From NCBI GenBank assembly GCA_043228905.1, contig JBHGNT010000001.1, positions 15,810,001 to 15,874,000 of the forward strand: a DNA stretch of 64,000 nt, written 5' to 3'. The notes under the pieces were generated by a model. That model did no database searches, had not been told where the DNA came from, and saw only the letters and a program-made list of their open reading frames with translations. This stretch comes from Azolla caroliniana (taxonomy: Eukaryota > Plantae > Polypodiophyta). The position numbers and the translations under genes are program-made. Position 1 is the first letter of the stretch. Every line of letters begins with the position of its first letter. Positions 38,348-51,183 of the stretch are shown piece by piece.

Positions 38348-41300
38348 TGTTAGGAGAAGAACGGTACTGATGAGCAAACTCAGATAAAGAGTACCCGCCA
38401 TGAGCCGGATGAAGAGTGCCCGACATGAACCGGATGAGGAGTACCCAGCAAGACCGGATGATGAAGACCCGGTGAGAACCGGATAAGGAGTACCCGACAA
38501 GAGCCGGATGATGAAGACCCAGTGAGAACCGGATGAAGAGTACCTGGCAAGAGCCGGATGGCGAAGGCCCGGTGAGAAGCGCTCACCGGATGAAGGGACA
38601 TATTCGAAAATATGTTTCTGAGAGTCCATCGGGGCTATATGTGTAAATAGCCGAAAAGTCATATTAGTATAAATATGACTTAGGGCAAACTCTTTTAGTG
38701 TTGTTGTCATTCTTGTTGGCGTAAGATTAGAGTGTGCAATTGTGTATAGAGGAAGAGGTCGTTGCCTCTGATTGTAACCGCTGCCTGTGGTGAAGATAGC
38801 AAGCTCGAGGTCGTGGCCTCGGTGCTTTCTTATTGTACATTCTGATATAGTGATAGTTTGTGGTCTGTGGGCTGCCGTGGGTTTTCCCGAGTTTGGGTTT
38901 TCCATGTAAACATCATGTGTACTCTTCCCTCTATCGTGTTGTGCTTTCATTCCCTGTTTTTTGTGTTTTATTCTAGGTTCGGTTGTGGCCGAGCGTTGTT
39001 CATCGGGAGCGTGTAGTTCCTGTCAAAGTGGTATCAGAGCAAAACGACACAGAAAATGGACGATTCGTTGGGAGGCATGTTCAAGCTCACCGGCTCCAAG
39101 TATTCGGTGTCGAAGTTGAAGATGAGGGACATGCTCGTGGTTAAAGATCTTTGGTTGTCGGTTCAGTTTGGGGACAAGAGACCGAACAAAATCGATGCCA
39201 CGATATGGGAGGTGATGCACATGAAGACAACGGCTTACACACGGTGCTTCATCGACATGAGCCTATACAACAACTTCAATGAAGAGAGCAAGGCTCATGA
39301 GCTCTGGGAGAAGATCGGCATTATGTTTCAAAACCAAAAGGTTGTTAACCAGGTTTCGGTATTCCGGAAGCTCGTAAGACTCCGGTACCAAGATGGCTCC
39401 AGCATGGTGGAGCACATGAATGCCTTCCAGGGGCTGATACACCAGGCAACATCATTGGAAGTACCTCTCGCGGATGAGGTACTAGTGCTAGTCCTGCTCG
39501 GTTCCCTCCCGAATAGTTGGGAGACGTTGGTTGTCACTTTGGGCAACGCCGGGCCGGAAGGGAAACGGTTATCCCTAGCAAGAGTGAAGTCGAGCTTGCT
39601 AGATGAGGAGGCGCATCGGAAAGATAAGGATACGAGCTCTGACTCTAAAGCACTCCTTACCGAATCGGAACGCGGAAGACATAGAAACCGTAGTCCCCAG
39701 AACCGGGAAAATTCGGGGACACGGTCAAAGTCAAGGGGGAGGCCTACTTGCTTCTATTGCAGCAAGCCGGGACACTTCCAAAAGAACTGTCGGCATTTCC
39801 GTAAAGACAAGGAAACCGACGGTACCGATTCGAAGCGGACACCGGACCGGAATGGTAAAGACCGGAGGGGAACGGACCGAAAGGGCACGACGGCAATCGC
39901 AGCAAGTGAAGAAGAGTTGATGCTCATCACCGAGGAGAGTGAGCTAAACCTTGCAGGCGATGAGATGACCTGGGTGGTCGACTCCGGAGCGTTGTTCCAC
40001 CTTACCCCGAACCGGAAATGCTTCTCATCCTACTCAGTCGGTGATCACGGCTGTGTTCAGATGGGGAATGAAGGTACATGCCGAATTTTCGGCATAGGAG
40101 ACATGTGGTTGACAACACCAACCGGATGCAAGTTGCTATTGAAGGATGTCCGACACGTTCCGGAGGTTCGTCTGAACCTTATATCAGCCGGTCGGCTAGA
40201 TGATGAAGGCTACACGGGTAGCATCCAGAACGGTGTTATGAAGTTCAGCAAAGGGAGCCTGATTGTGGCTCGGACCCAGAAGGTCAACACGTTGTACCTG
40301 ATGAATGCCCAGTTATGCCCGGAAGAAATGAACGTGGCATCCGACATTGCCGGTGAGCTATGGCACAAGAGACTGTGCCACATGAGTGAGAAGGAGATGA
40401 AGAGGCTTGCAAACGACAACCTCATTCCAGTGAAGAACGTGCACTTGGAGAAGTGCACTGATTGTCTGGCCCGTAAACAAAACCGGACCTCCTTCCGATC
40501 GAGGCCACCGATGAGACATAATGCACCACTGGACTTGGTGCATTCTGATGTGTGTCAAGTGGACACGAAGTCACATGCAGGATCACAGTACTTCGTGACA
40601 TTCATAGATGACCACAGCCGGAAGCTGTGGGCCACACCATTGAAGACGAAGGATCAGGTGCTATCCGTCTTCAAAGAGCTCCACGCGAGAGTGGAAAGAG
40701 AAACCAGCCGGAAGTTGAAGGCGGTTCGAGCAGATAACGGAGGTGAATACCGGGGGCAGTTTGAGGAGTACTGCCGCTCAAAGGGAATCCGGCTCGAATT
40801 TACCGTGCCGAAGACACCGGAACTGAACGGCTTGGCCGAGAGGATGAACCAGACCATAATGGAGAGGGTCCGGAATATGCTGGCGCATGCAAAATTACCC
40901 AAAAAGTTTTGGGTCGAGGCACTGTCGATAACGACATATGTGATAAACAGATCACCCTCAGTACCCTTGGACGGAGACACGCCGCAGAGAGTATGGACCG
41001 GTAAGGATGTGTCCTACCGGCATCTGAAGGTATTCAGGTGTCTTGCGTATGTGCATGTAGCTAAGCACCGGAGAGGAAAACTAGATCCAAAGACCCGGCC
41101 ATGCATATTCCTTGGTTACGGCGACGATGAGTTCGGCTACCGAGTGTGGGACCTGGTCGACAAGAAGGTATTCCGGATTCGAGATATTATCTTCATGGAG
41201 GACAAGACGCTCGCCGACTGGGAGTCAGAGAAGAAGATAATGAACTCCGAGTCGACCGGTAAGGATCGATTCTACGATGAGGAGACCCAACCGACAAGAG

Positions 41301-43794
41301 ACCGGTTAGCACTCGAGGAACCAGCCGGTTACGGTGAGGATACCGAACCGGTAGAAGAAGAAGTAGAGGAAACTGAAACCGGAACTGGCCAAGACCCCGA
41401 ATCAGATTCGGATGAAGAGCGAATGGAGGCGCTGGTTACCGAAGCCCAGAGACGGAGATATCCTCTCAGAGAGAGAGGGACCCCCCGGAGATTTCCGGAT
41501 GCAGAGCATGTGCTGCTAACCGATGAGGGGGAGCCAAAAAGCTTCGAAGAAGCGAAGGATGACACCCACAGCCGCAAATAGTTAAGTGCCATGCAAGATG
41601 AGATGGACTCCCAGCATGAGAACCATACGTATGAATTGGTGGAGTTGCCGAAAGGAAAGCGGGCACTTCGAAACAAGTGGGTGTACAAGTTGAAACCGGG
41701 AGATGATGGCAAACCCCCGAGATACAAAGCCAAGATCGTGGTGAAGGGGTTCCAGCAAAAGATCGTAGTAAAGATGACCTCCATCCGGACGGTGTTGAGT
41801 ATAGCGGCAAGCATGGACCTCGAGGCAGAGCAGCTAGACGTGAAGACGGCATTCCTTCACGGTGACCTCGAAGAGGAGATCTACATGCAGCAACCGGAAG
41901 GATTTGTGGAGAAGGGGAAGGAGCACCTGGTATGCCAGTTGAACAAGAACCTGTACGGACTGAAACAGGCTCCCCGACAATGGTACCGGAAGTTCGACTC
42001 CTTCATGACCGATCAAGGTACCACAAGACGCAGGCCGATCACTGCGTGTTTGTGAAGAAGTTTGAAGGAGGTGACTTCCTGATACTCCTTCTGTACGTGG
42101 ACGACATGTTCATCGTCGGACGGAACCAAGCCAGGATACAGATGTTGAAGAAGGCTCTCAACCGAACCTTCGCGATGAAAGACTTGGGTCCGGCAAGACA
42201 GATGTTGGGGATGCATATCATCCAGAACCGGCCAACGAAGCAACTGTGGCTATCACAGGAGAAATACGTGACAAAGGTGCTTCAGCGGTTCAACATGTTA
42301 GAAGCAAAACCGGTCGTATCGACACTCCCGGCAAACTGCAGATTATTCGATAAGCAAAGCCCGAAGACGAAAGCAGAGAAGGCGGATATGATGAAGGTTC
42401 CATATGCCTCTGTCGTCGGGAGCTTAATGTACGCAATGGTGTGTACTCGACCGGATATAGGATACGCAGTCGGAGTGGTGAGCCGGTTTATGAGAAATCC
42501 CGGCAAGGAGCACTGGAACGCGGTCAAATGGATACTCCAGTACTTGAAGGGCACTTCAAATATGTGTCTCCGATTCGGCTCCAGAAAACCTCAACTTGAC
42601 GGTTTTACCGATTCGGACATGTCGGCTGATGTGGATACCAGTCGGTCTACATCCGGTTATGTAATGACATATGCAGGGGGAGCTGTTTCGTGGCAATCGA
42701 GGTTGCAGAAGACGGTTGCGTTGTCAACCACGGAGGCAAAGTACATGGCGGCTGTGGAAGCCGGCAAGGAAATATTATGGATAAAGGACTTCATCGGAGA
42801 GCTTGGTATCCGGCAAGATGAATATCGGCTCTATTGCGATAGTCAAAGCACCATCCACCTTGCTAAGAATGCGGCCTACCATTCCCGGACGAAGCATATC
42901 CAGCGAAGGTATCACTAGATCCGGGAAAGAGTAGATGACCAGGAGTTCGCGCTGACGAAGATCCACACGGCCGAGAACGGGTCAGATATGCTGACCAAAG
43001 TACTGATACCCGACAAGCTGGATGCATGCCGGAAGCGAGTCGGACTAGTAAGACATCCCATGCCGGAGTGAAGGGGGAGTTTGTTAGGAAACAGGTCCCT
43101 CCGGATGGGAAGTGAGAATAATAGTACTGATGAGCCAACTCGGATGAAGAGTACCCGACATGAGCCGGATAGTGCAAACCCAGTGAGAACCAGATGAAGA
43201 GTATCTGGCTACGGAAGACCCGGTAAGAACCGGATGAGGAGTACCCGGCAAGAGCCGGATGATAAAGACCCAGTGAGAACCGGATGAAGAGTACCCGTCA
43301 AGAGCCGGATGGCGAAGGCCCGGTGAGAAGCGCTCACCGGATGAAGGCACATATTCGTAAATATATTTCTGAGAGTCCATCAGGGCTATATGTGTAAATA
43401 GCCGAAAAGTCATATTAGTATAAATATGACTTAGGGCAAACTTTTATGGAGTGTGTTGTTGTCATTCTTGTTGGCGCAAGATTAGAGCACGCAACTGTGT
43501 ACAGAGAGAGTGAGAGAGAGGAAGAGGTCGTTGCCTCTGATTGTAACCGCCGCCTGTGGCGAAGATAGCAAGCTCAAGGTCGTGGCCTCGGTGCTTTCTT
43601 ATTGTACATTCTGATATAGTGATAGTTTGCGGTCTGTGGGCTGTCGTGGTTTTTCCCGAGTTTGGGTTTTCGACGTAAACATCCTGTGTACTCTTCTCTC
43701 TATCGTGTTGTGCTTTCATTCCCTGTTTTCTGTGTTTTATTCTAGGCTCGGTTGTGGCCGAGCGTTGTTCATCGAGAGTGTGTAGTTCCTGTCA
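38348..43794 (+). mobile_element. Full-length Ty1/copia family-1 element C
   Basis: LTRs 38348-39025 and 43082-43794; TSD CTTAC at 38343-38347 and 43795-43799; PBS TGGTATCAGAGC (tRNA-iMet) 39029-39040; PPT 43070-43079. Confidence 0.97.
39056..43071 (+). pseudogene. Copia gag-pol polyprotein with stops (41579, 42916), a small deletion and a frameshift
   Basis: CFYCSKPGHFQKNC, WVVDSGA, WHKRLCH, DNGGEY, LYVDDM, RNase H; ends VRHPMPE* overlapping the PPT. Confidence 0.95.
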
Positions 43795-44940
43795 CTTACG
43801 AGCGGTAGACGTCCGGGACCAGAAGGATCTTGGAGTGCTTCTAGAGGACACTAATACCGAGAGTGGCCTCACCGAAACATGGGAAAGCATGCAGGATATC
43901 GTCGCACGATACACAAAGAGGGGGCAATGGCTTGCCAACGAAGGAAAGAGGGTTTCAGAACCAATTCCGAAACCAAGATCCGGATCGGAAGACCATCAAC
44001 CGCGGGCTCGGGAAGCTACGATTGAGAAGGGAATCGACACAACTACGGTGGAGCAGTTGCTGAAGGAGATGGAGAATCTAAAAATCGCGATGGTGAAGAA
44101 GTCGGATGACCGTCCCATAAGTTCCAAGTATATGAACCGTCGATGCATATGGTGTGATAGCACCGAACATGATCAGAGGGATTGCGACGAGCACAAGGAA
44201 GCACTACGACAGGATCTTATCTGCTACGAGGGAAATCGAATTCATTCGATTGACTCTCGGAAGCCGCTCTGACCGAACTTCCGAAAAGGCGGCATGAAGA
44301 AGGTCCTAGAGGAGGAAATAGCGGCGAAGAGCGATTACGTGACAACCGCGAGAATACGTGTCGGGGAGTCATCAGGAGCAAAGGTGTCTTTTTGGCCGAA
44401 AGTGCTAGAAAACACCGAGAAAACCGACTCTAACGAGATCCAAAGCACCGCGGAAGGCATCCGGGAAGCTACGGATGGGAGTGCCCCGTCGATAAGAATA
44501 GCGTGTTTGCTTTATGCTAATTGCATGAAGTGTATGTAGATGAGAAGCGACAGCGCACGGCTGAGGCGGCCGGTCCATCGAAGACACCGGAAAGCTGGAA
44601 AAGAAAAGATGATTCCGGCATTCAAGCTCGCCTCGGACATCGAACAACAAACGGACTTGAAAAAGGTGTTCGAGGAGAGAATCCTCGATAGCCGGGTAGA
44701 TTTTTCGCTTCGAGAATTACTCGGAATAGCGAAGAAGGAGTTCCACGATCTTCTTGTGGATCTCGTGAAGAGAAAAAGGCAAAGTACGGAGGAGAACGCT
44801 CCAAGGGTGAATGCAAATACCATTCTAATGAAGGACACCAAATTGGAGGACGAAATACCGAATTCTCACTACACAAAGCCACACTGGGCACGCGCAACTA
44901 TGGAGACTCCGGTCCAAATCGGTAACATCAAAGAACCCGT

Positions 44941-45070
44941 TGTCGCGTTGTTACGCGCGTGCGTGGAGAAAGGCGGGACCACGGGGGTCTTGGACCAGGG
45001 AGTGACGGAGCGTAGGAAGTCGTGCTTCACCGTTTCCGGGGAATCCCAGAAGGACACCGGAAGCGACCGA

Positions 45071-45107
<37 letters not shown>

Positions 45108-45720
45108 TTAACACCGACTCACGCACACACACGCACACACACACACATGTCGGCCCGACTCACGCCCTTATGTACAGGAAACGCAGGAAAGAGGAAGCAC
45201 CCGACACCAACAGAGACGCAGATATACACAGACAGACGCAAACGTATATATATATAAAAGAAGAATACATTCCCGGCGTCGAGCCGGACCGAGGTAGGTT
45301 ACAGTAGTCGTCAACTGCCAAGCCACCGGTCGGGGAGCTCACGGGCTCGTCGCGCCGAGCGGGGTCTTGCGCAGGAGATGAGCTGAAGCAAACCCTAAGC
45401 GAACACGAAGGGGGGAGAAGAAGAAGAAGAAGAAGAAGAACCTAACTCTAAACCTAACGGTATACCCTCTAATGCAAAATGGGCAACCCTTTCACAAAGG
45501 GCGTTCCCTTCCTTTTATAGAACAAGGAAAGGGATGCGTTACAATGTGGGATAAATCCCGACTTACATGGGATTGTCTGTCCCGACTTGACTACTCTTCG
45601 GCGCCATAAAGGCACCCTCGTTATTCGCACTAAATGTACATGGGTGCGTACACACGTTGCACCCCGCCGATGTAGCCAATGTTTCCCGGTTTCCGCCTCT
45701 GGCCGAAATTCTTCACGACA
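44941..45720 (-). repeat. Solo LTR related to element A
   Basis: Shares the terminal TGTCGCGTTGTTACGCGCGTGCGTGGAGAA with 27983; ends CACGACA; 4-bp TSD CCGT at 44937-44940 and 45721-45724; splits protease EPV|LALIDHGSE. Confidence 0.92.
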
Positions 45721-46115
45721 CCGTGCTAGCATTGATTGATCACGGATCAGAGATCAACTTGATGTCCAAGGAATTCTACCGGAAGGGGTAAGTGGCCTAT
45801 TAACACGAATCATGGGTGGAAGATCCGGGTGGCCACTAAAGCAACGGAAGATCTATTTGTGGCTTGTCCGGATGTGACGATGAAGATCGGGGATGTCGAG
45901 ATCGACCAAAATTTCTTCGTACAAGACGAGGTCTCACACTCCGTGATCCTCGGGCAACCCTTTATCACGGCATCACGGATGGAGACGAAGGTGCTCGATA
46001 GCGGTGCGGCTTTTGCGCGAATTCGGAGCCAAAACGGAGGAAAATCCGTCCAATTCCTAACGGTGCCGGCAAATCAGGAAAGGAACAAGAGAGAGCTCTT
46101 GTCCCAAACAAGAAT

Positions 46116-46179
46116 GGATTTTTAGAACGGATTGTTGTGAAGTGGGGAAGTGATAGTACGAGAAGCCCTGATACCCCAC
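46116..46179 (+). promoter_or_regulatory. Predicted -1 ribosomal frameshift signal (G_GAT_TTT plus pseudoknot)
   Basis: Heptamer directly before the gag-PR stop; the -1 frame is open into RT; conserved in element A at 32135-32200. Confidence 0.75.
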
Positions 46180-49100
46180 ACAGGAAGAAACCTCTCGATG
46201 CAAAACAAGTACGAATCGGTTCGGATGGGGCATCCACGTACATGGCCGTAACCGGAGGAATGAAGAAAGAATACCGAAAAGTGGAGGATAAGTTACGGTC
46301 GGCATCAATAATAAAAGAAGACGAAGAAATCGTGGGAATAGTCGAAGAAGTGTTCTATGGGAGCACACTACAACGGCTTGAAGAGCTCGCGGAAGATACA
46401 AGCCAGGGAGACCAGGTAGTCCCGGTGGAATCGGTCGAGATGTACGAGTTCATTGTGAAAATGGGGCCGGATGTGCTCTGCAAAGAAGAAGCAATGGTAA
46501 GTACGAAATACAAGACCGTGGAGAAGAAAGGGAAACCGGCCGCGGGACCGTTACCCGCAGATAGCGAACAAAAGAGGAAAGAAGTCGGTCCGATAGTGGA
46601 CGAATTTGCGGAAGCATTTGCCGGTCGCGTGATATACTCCATCGGAGACCTATACTCCAGATATGACCAATTCCAACTAGCTGTGAAGAGCCGACACATC
46701 ACTACCATGCGGACACCGATAGGATTAGTCCGGATGTGTAGGCTACCACAAGGCGTGACGAACTCAGTCGCACATATGATGAATGCGATGAACAAGGTGC
46801 TCCGGGATTGCATATCGGAGATAACAATGTCGTTCCTAGATGACATTCCAATGAAAGGATGCGCGGTAGAAGAAAAAGATGAAACTATGGATGATCGGGG
46901 ATGCCGAAAGTTCGTAGTCGACCATATTCGCGATTGCGAGAAAGTGCTTCGAAAGTTAGAAGATGTGCACCTAACACTTTCCGATGAGAAATCGGCATTC
47001 GGGCAAGAAGAAATATTGGTAGTCGGACATCTATGTGGGCCCTACGGCCGAAGACCGTCATCAACCAAGATCAGCGCGATTCAAGCTATGAAAGAAGTAT
47101 GCGAGTCACAATCTGAAGTTCAAAGGTTTCTTGGAGCATGTGCATTCTACCACATATGGATTCCACACTATGCACATATAGCGGACCCACTCTATCACTT
47201 GTTGCGGAAGGGTAAGAAGTTTGAATGGAAACCGGAGCATACCAAAGCCGTGAAGAAGCTCAAGAAATCACTATGGAGGGCAAAAGCACTAAAGAAGCCG
47301 AACTATGACCAACGATCATAGTAACAGTTGACACAAGTCCAACCGGAATCGGATGGGTCATTAATCAAGCCGATCCAGAAGGTTCACGATATCCGATCCG
47401 ATTCGGAGCAAAGGTTCTCAACGAAAGGCAACGCGGATATGCACAAGTTAAAAGAGAATTATGGGGAGTCGTGTCGGCAATCAAATCGGATCGAGATTAT
47501 TTGATCGGAGCCGAAGCAGTGATCGAAACGGATTGTCTTCCAATACTTGGGATGATGCGGTGTTGCACGATACCGGATGTGGCTATGCTAAGATGGATTG
47601 CATATGTTAAGTCGATTAATCCGGAGGTACGACACATCTCCGGAAAAGACAACGCGGTAGCGGATATGTTATCAAGGGCGCGGTTCGGAGATAACATAAC
47701 TGAACCCGATAATGAAGAAGTTTCGGGAGCACATATGCCGGGTGAACGTAAAATCCGAGAATTCCGGGAAGAAGAATACGAGGGAGAAAGCTTGCTGATT
47801 GGGAAAGTGCTACAAGAAATCAAGGAATCATCGGACAATAAAAAGAAGGGAGCCGAGATCCGAAGTAAGAAGCGGCAAGTCCGAAAGTTCTTCCTGAAAA
47901 ATGGATTACTATGGAGGGAGCCGAAAAGACCGGATGGCATACCACTTCGAATAGTCGGGACGAAAGAGCAACGAAACCGGATAATGTCCAAATTTCACGA
48001 ATCCGATTGGGCTGGACATCGAGGAACATGGGCAACTTTTGTGAAAATCAAACAAAAATATTGGTGGAAGAACATGTACAAAGATATAGTGGAGTTCACG
48101 GAAAGCTGCGAGAAGTGTCAAATCTACTCCGGAGTTCGACACCGAGATGAGTTACATCCGACATTCTCACCAACAATCAACTTCAAATGGATGGTCGATA
48201 TTGTAGCCATGCCAACCGAGATCGGACAAAAGAAGTACTTGGTGTTAGCTCGGGAAGATCTCACAAACCAAGTAGAAGGTCGGGCGCTACGGAGGAAAAC
48301 GTGTTCTACGGTATGCCAATTCCTTTTGGAAGAAGTGTTTTGCAGGTACGGGTGCATAGGACAAGTGATTGCGGATCAGGGAGAACTCGACTCTGATAAA
48401 GCTAAGGAATTCTTCACTAAACATGGAGTTCGTTTAACACTGACAACGGCATACAATCCGGAAGCCAACGGGAAGATCGAACGAGGACATAGTCCGATTG
48501 TCAAAGCACTTGCGAAGGCATGCGATGGAAGGGTGAAGGATTGGTCGTAAATGCTTCCGTATGCACTATGGGCGGATCGGATGACGCATAGCTCCGTAAC
48601 CGGTTACATGCCGGCAGAACTCATGACCGGATAAGCACTGGTAATGCCAAACGGAAACCGCAATCACGACATGGACAGTGCTACCTTGGAAGGAAGAGAT
48701 GAGCCGGGAAGAACTACTAGCAGTCCGGATACGACAACTAGAGGGAAGACCGGAAGACATAGCGGAAGCAATACGCCGACAACACGAAGCGTGATTCCGG
48801 AATAAAAGCCGATTTGACACAAAGCACCGACTACGACCGCGGAAGATTGAAGAAGGAGATTGGGTGATTGTCTACGACAGTAGTTTGGATCATCAACATA
48901 CAACGATGCGGAAGTTCGCGAAAAGTTGGTTTAGGCCATATGAGGTTCGGAAAGTTTTCGACAACGGAACTTACCGACTATGCGAGTTGGATGGAACGAC
49001 ACTACGAGTGCCTATAGCCGGGAAACGGGTGAAGATTTTCAAGAAGCGGACTGAAGAAGAACCCTATGTGATCCTAGACAAGACCGACAAAAAGGAGCAA

Positions 49101-51183
49101 TCGGACGAAGATCGCGGTGATGCGGAAAGCGAGGAAAGTGGATTACAACTCATAGTTGACTTAAGGGGAGAATTGGAGGAAGCTTCGAATGAAGGTGAAT
49201 AGCAAGCATCGGGGACTTCGGCACATACCGGAGGATGTGCGGATTCGGAGGGGGCGAGTGTCGTAGTGTAATTCGCACACTACGTGAAAAATTATATTTT
49301 TGGTTTCTCCGGATAGGATATGGAGTACCAAGTGAGAACCAGAAGGAAGAACCGGTGAGGACCGAAACCGGTAAGGAGACCGGCAAGAGCCGGATGAAGA
49401 AGGCCGGTGAGAGTCGGTGAGAAACGGACGAAGAGGGCCGGTAAGGAGGATCCGGTAAGAACCGGATAAAGAAAACCGGCGAGAACCGGATGAAGCAGAA
49501 CCGGCAAGAGCCGGATGAAGAAGGCCGGCGAGAATCTCTCACCAGATGAAGAGACATATTTGTAAATAGAAGAAAGTATAAAATTATATATTACATGCAT
49601 AGGGCAATATTCGAACCTTGCACCTCCATGTTAATAATGTTAAGCCTTATCATTATACTAGCGTATTATGAATTTTAAAGTTATACTAAACTTTATCCCA
49701 TGTAAAATTTCTAGACATGCATGGTACAAAAAGTTATTCATGCATAGACACTCGAGTTAAAAAGAAAAAGATGAGATAGAAATCTAATCATGCACATGCA
49801 ATGTGCATAAAACTAAAGATAGGAAAAGCATGATGCTTGCATGTGATAAACTTAGACTCTTCCAACACTATATAAGGAAGAGAGAAAGATGTATAGAGGT
49901 TGTTGATTATTTTACAAGGGTTGATTAATATAATATAATCGTGGGATCCACGAATTTGCTAACTATTTTTCTCTCTTAATTTGAGTACTCACTAATACAC
50001 TATACTCGTGGGATTCACGAGTTTTTCATATCTTTATTTCTTACAATATATTTCACATTCTTAATTGCCTTAGAATTTTCTTTCCTCCTAGTCCAAAACC
50101 CCAATGGTTCCCACCCAACTCACGCAACGATCCGGAGCTGAAAGGCACGACAACGTAATCATCGGATTTTGTTGATTGTTGTTCTGATGCTATCAGTATC
50201 TCCAAAACAGGCTTTAAACTCACTTATAAACTCCTCAAAATTGTTTAGTAATGGAGATTTCTTTTTTAACAACGGAGTGAACCATGCCAAAGTTGAGCCA
50301 CTTAACAACGTGCCTACTAGACCCACTCGTGATGCATCGGTGGGATATCAGGAAGGATGCATTTGAATGACTAATCATACCTGATTAATGAATCCTCTAA
50401 ACTGTGATCGCATTCCATCGAATTTCATAGGAAGGTCGATCTTGGGTTCTTTATGAATCCCTTACATACTTGGTCCTTGTTGTTGCAACGCTACAATGGT
50501 CGCTTCAAGCGGTTGCACGCGTAACGCTAGTTCCCCATGTTGTTGTTGCGTTTGGTGCTTTTATAAGGTGATTTGTTGAAGATCCCCCAACAGTCGTTGA
50601 TTTTCTTGTTCCAATGCAAGAAAATTCTCTTTCAAGCATTGCAACTCCGAGAAAACGGATTGATATTCTTGAGCACTAGTGGCCATAGTATGAGAGAAAA
50701 GAGGAATAAGATATTAGTATGAAGGGAGGGAGAAGTAAGAAGATAAAAGGAAGAGGCAAAAGGAGAAAATTCGGTTCAAACTGTCAGGGATAGTACTGAG
50801 ACAAAGAGGAGATTAGTACTAAGAGATGAAGATTAGTACTAACAGGAAAAGAGGGTGTAGAACACAAGAGAGAGAGAGAGAGAGAATGATGATGACAACA
50901 GATATATTATGTAGAAAGAATATACAAGGATAGTTAGGAGGCTTAAGACTGGCGTTAAACCGATTTGGTTCAAAATAATGCCTTGTGCCTCCTTATATAG
51001 TGTTTTCAGGAGTACTCCTAAAGTTTCTAAAATGTTCTAGAGAAATCTAGAATATACATCAATTTTCTATAGTCAAATAATAAATGAAAATAATATCCTT
51101 CATATTACAATGTATAGTCTAATGACAAGGGCTCGACCCATATAACATAAGGTCATGGGTTCGAATCTTGCCATATCATGATA

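Larger units (their letters stand above)
36931..50152 (+). mobile_element. Non-chromovirus Ty3/gypsy element B with both LTRs
   Basis: LTRs 36931-37825 and 49259-50152 nearly identical; TSD ACGT at 36927-36930 and 50153-50156; gag from 37863, PR LIDHGSE, RT FLDDIPMKG with an N-terminal deletion near 46581, RH, INT to 49202. Confidence 0.95.
26203..51183 (-). mobile_element. Chromovirus element 2, 5' half, split into 26203-27982 and 50157-51183
   Basis: 5' LTR 50782-51183; gag ATG at 50686; gag rejoins across ACGT (INKIR*LR*GDHPA); PR LLDSGANSCF and RT to YLDD at about 26240. Confidence 0.9.

Noticed and set aside
38336-38950. 204-aa and similar repetitive ORFs over LTR arrays
   Set aside because: By-products of stop-poor tandem repeats; frames are not kept between LTR copies.
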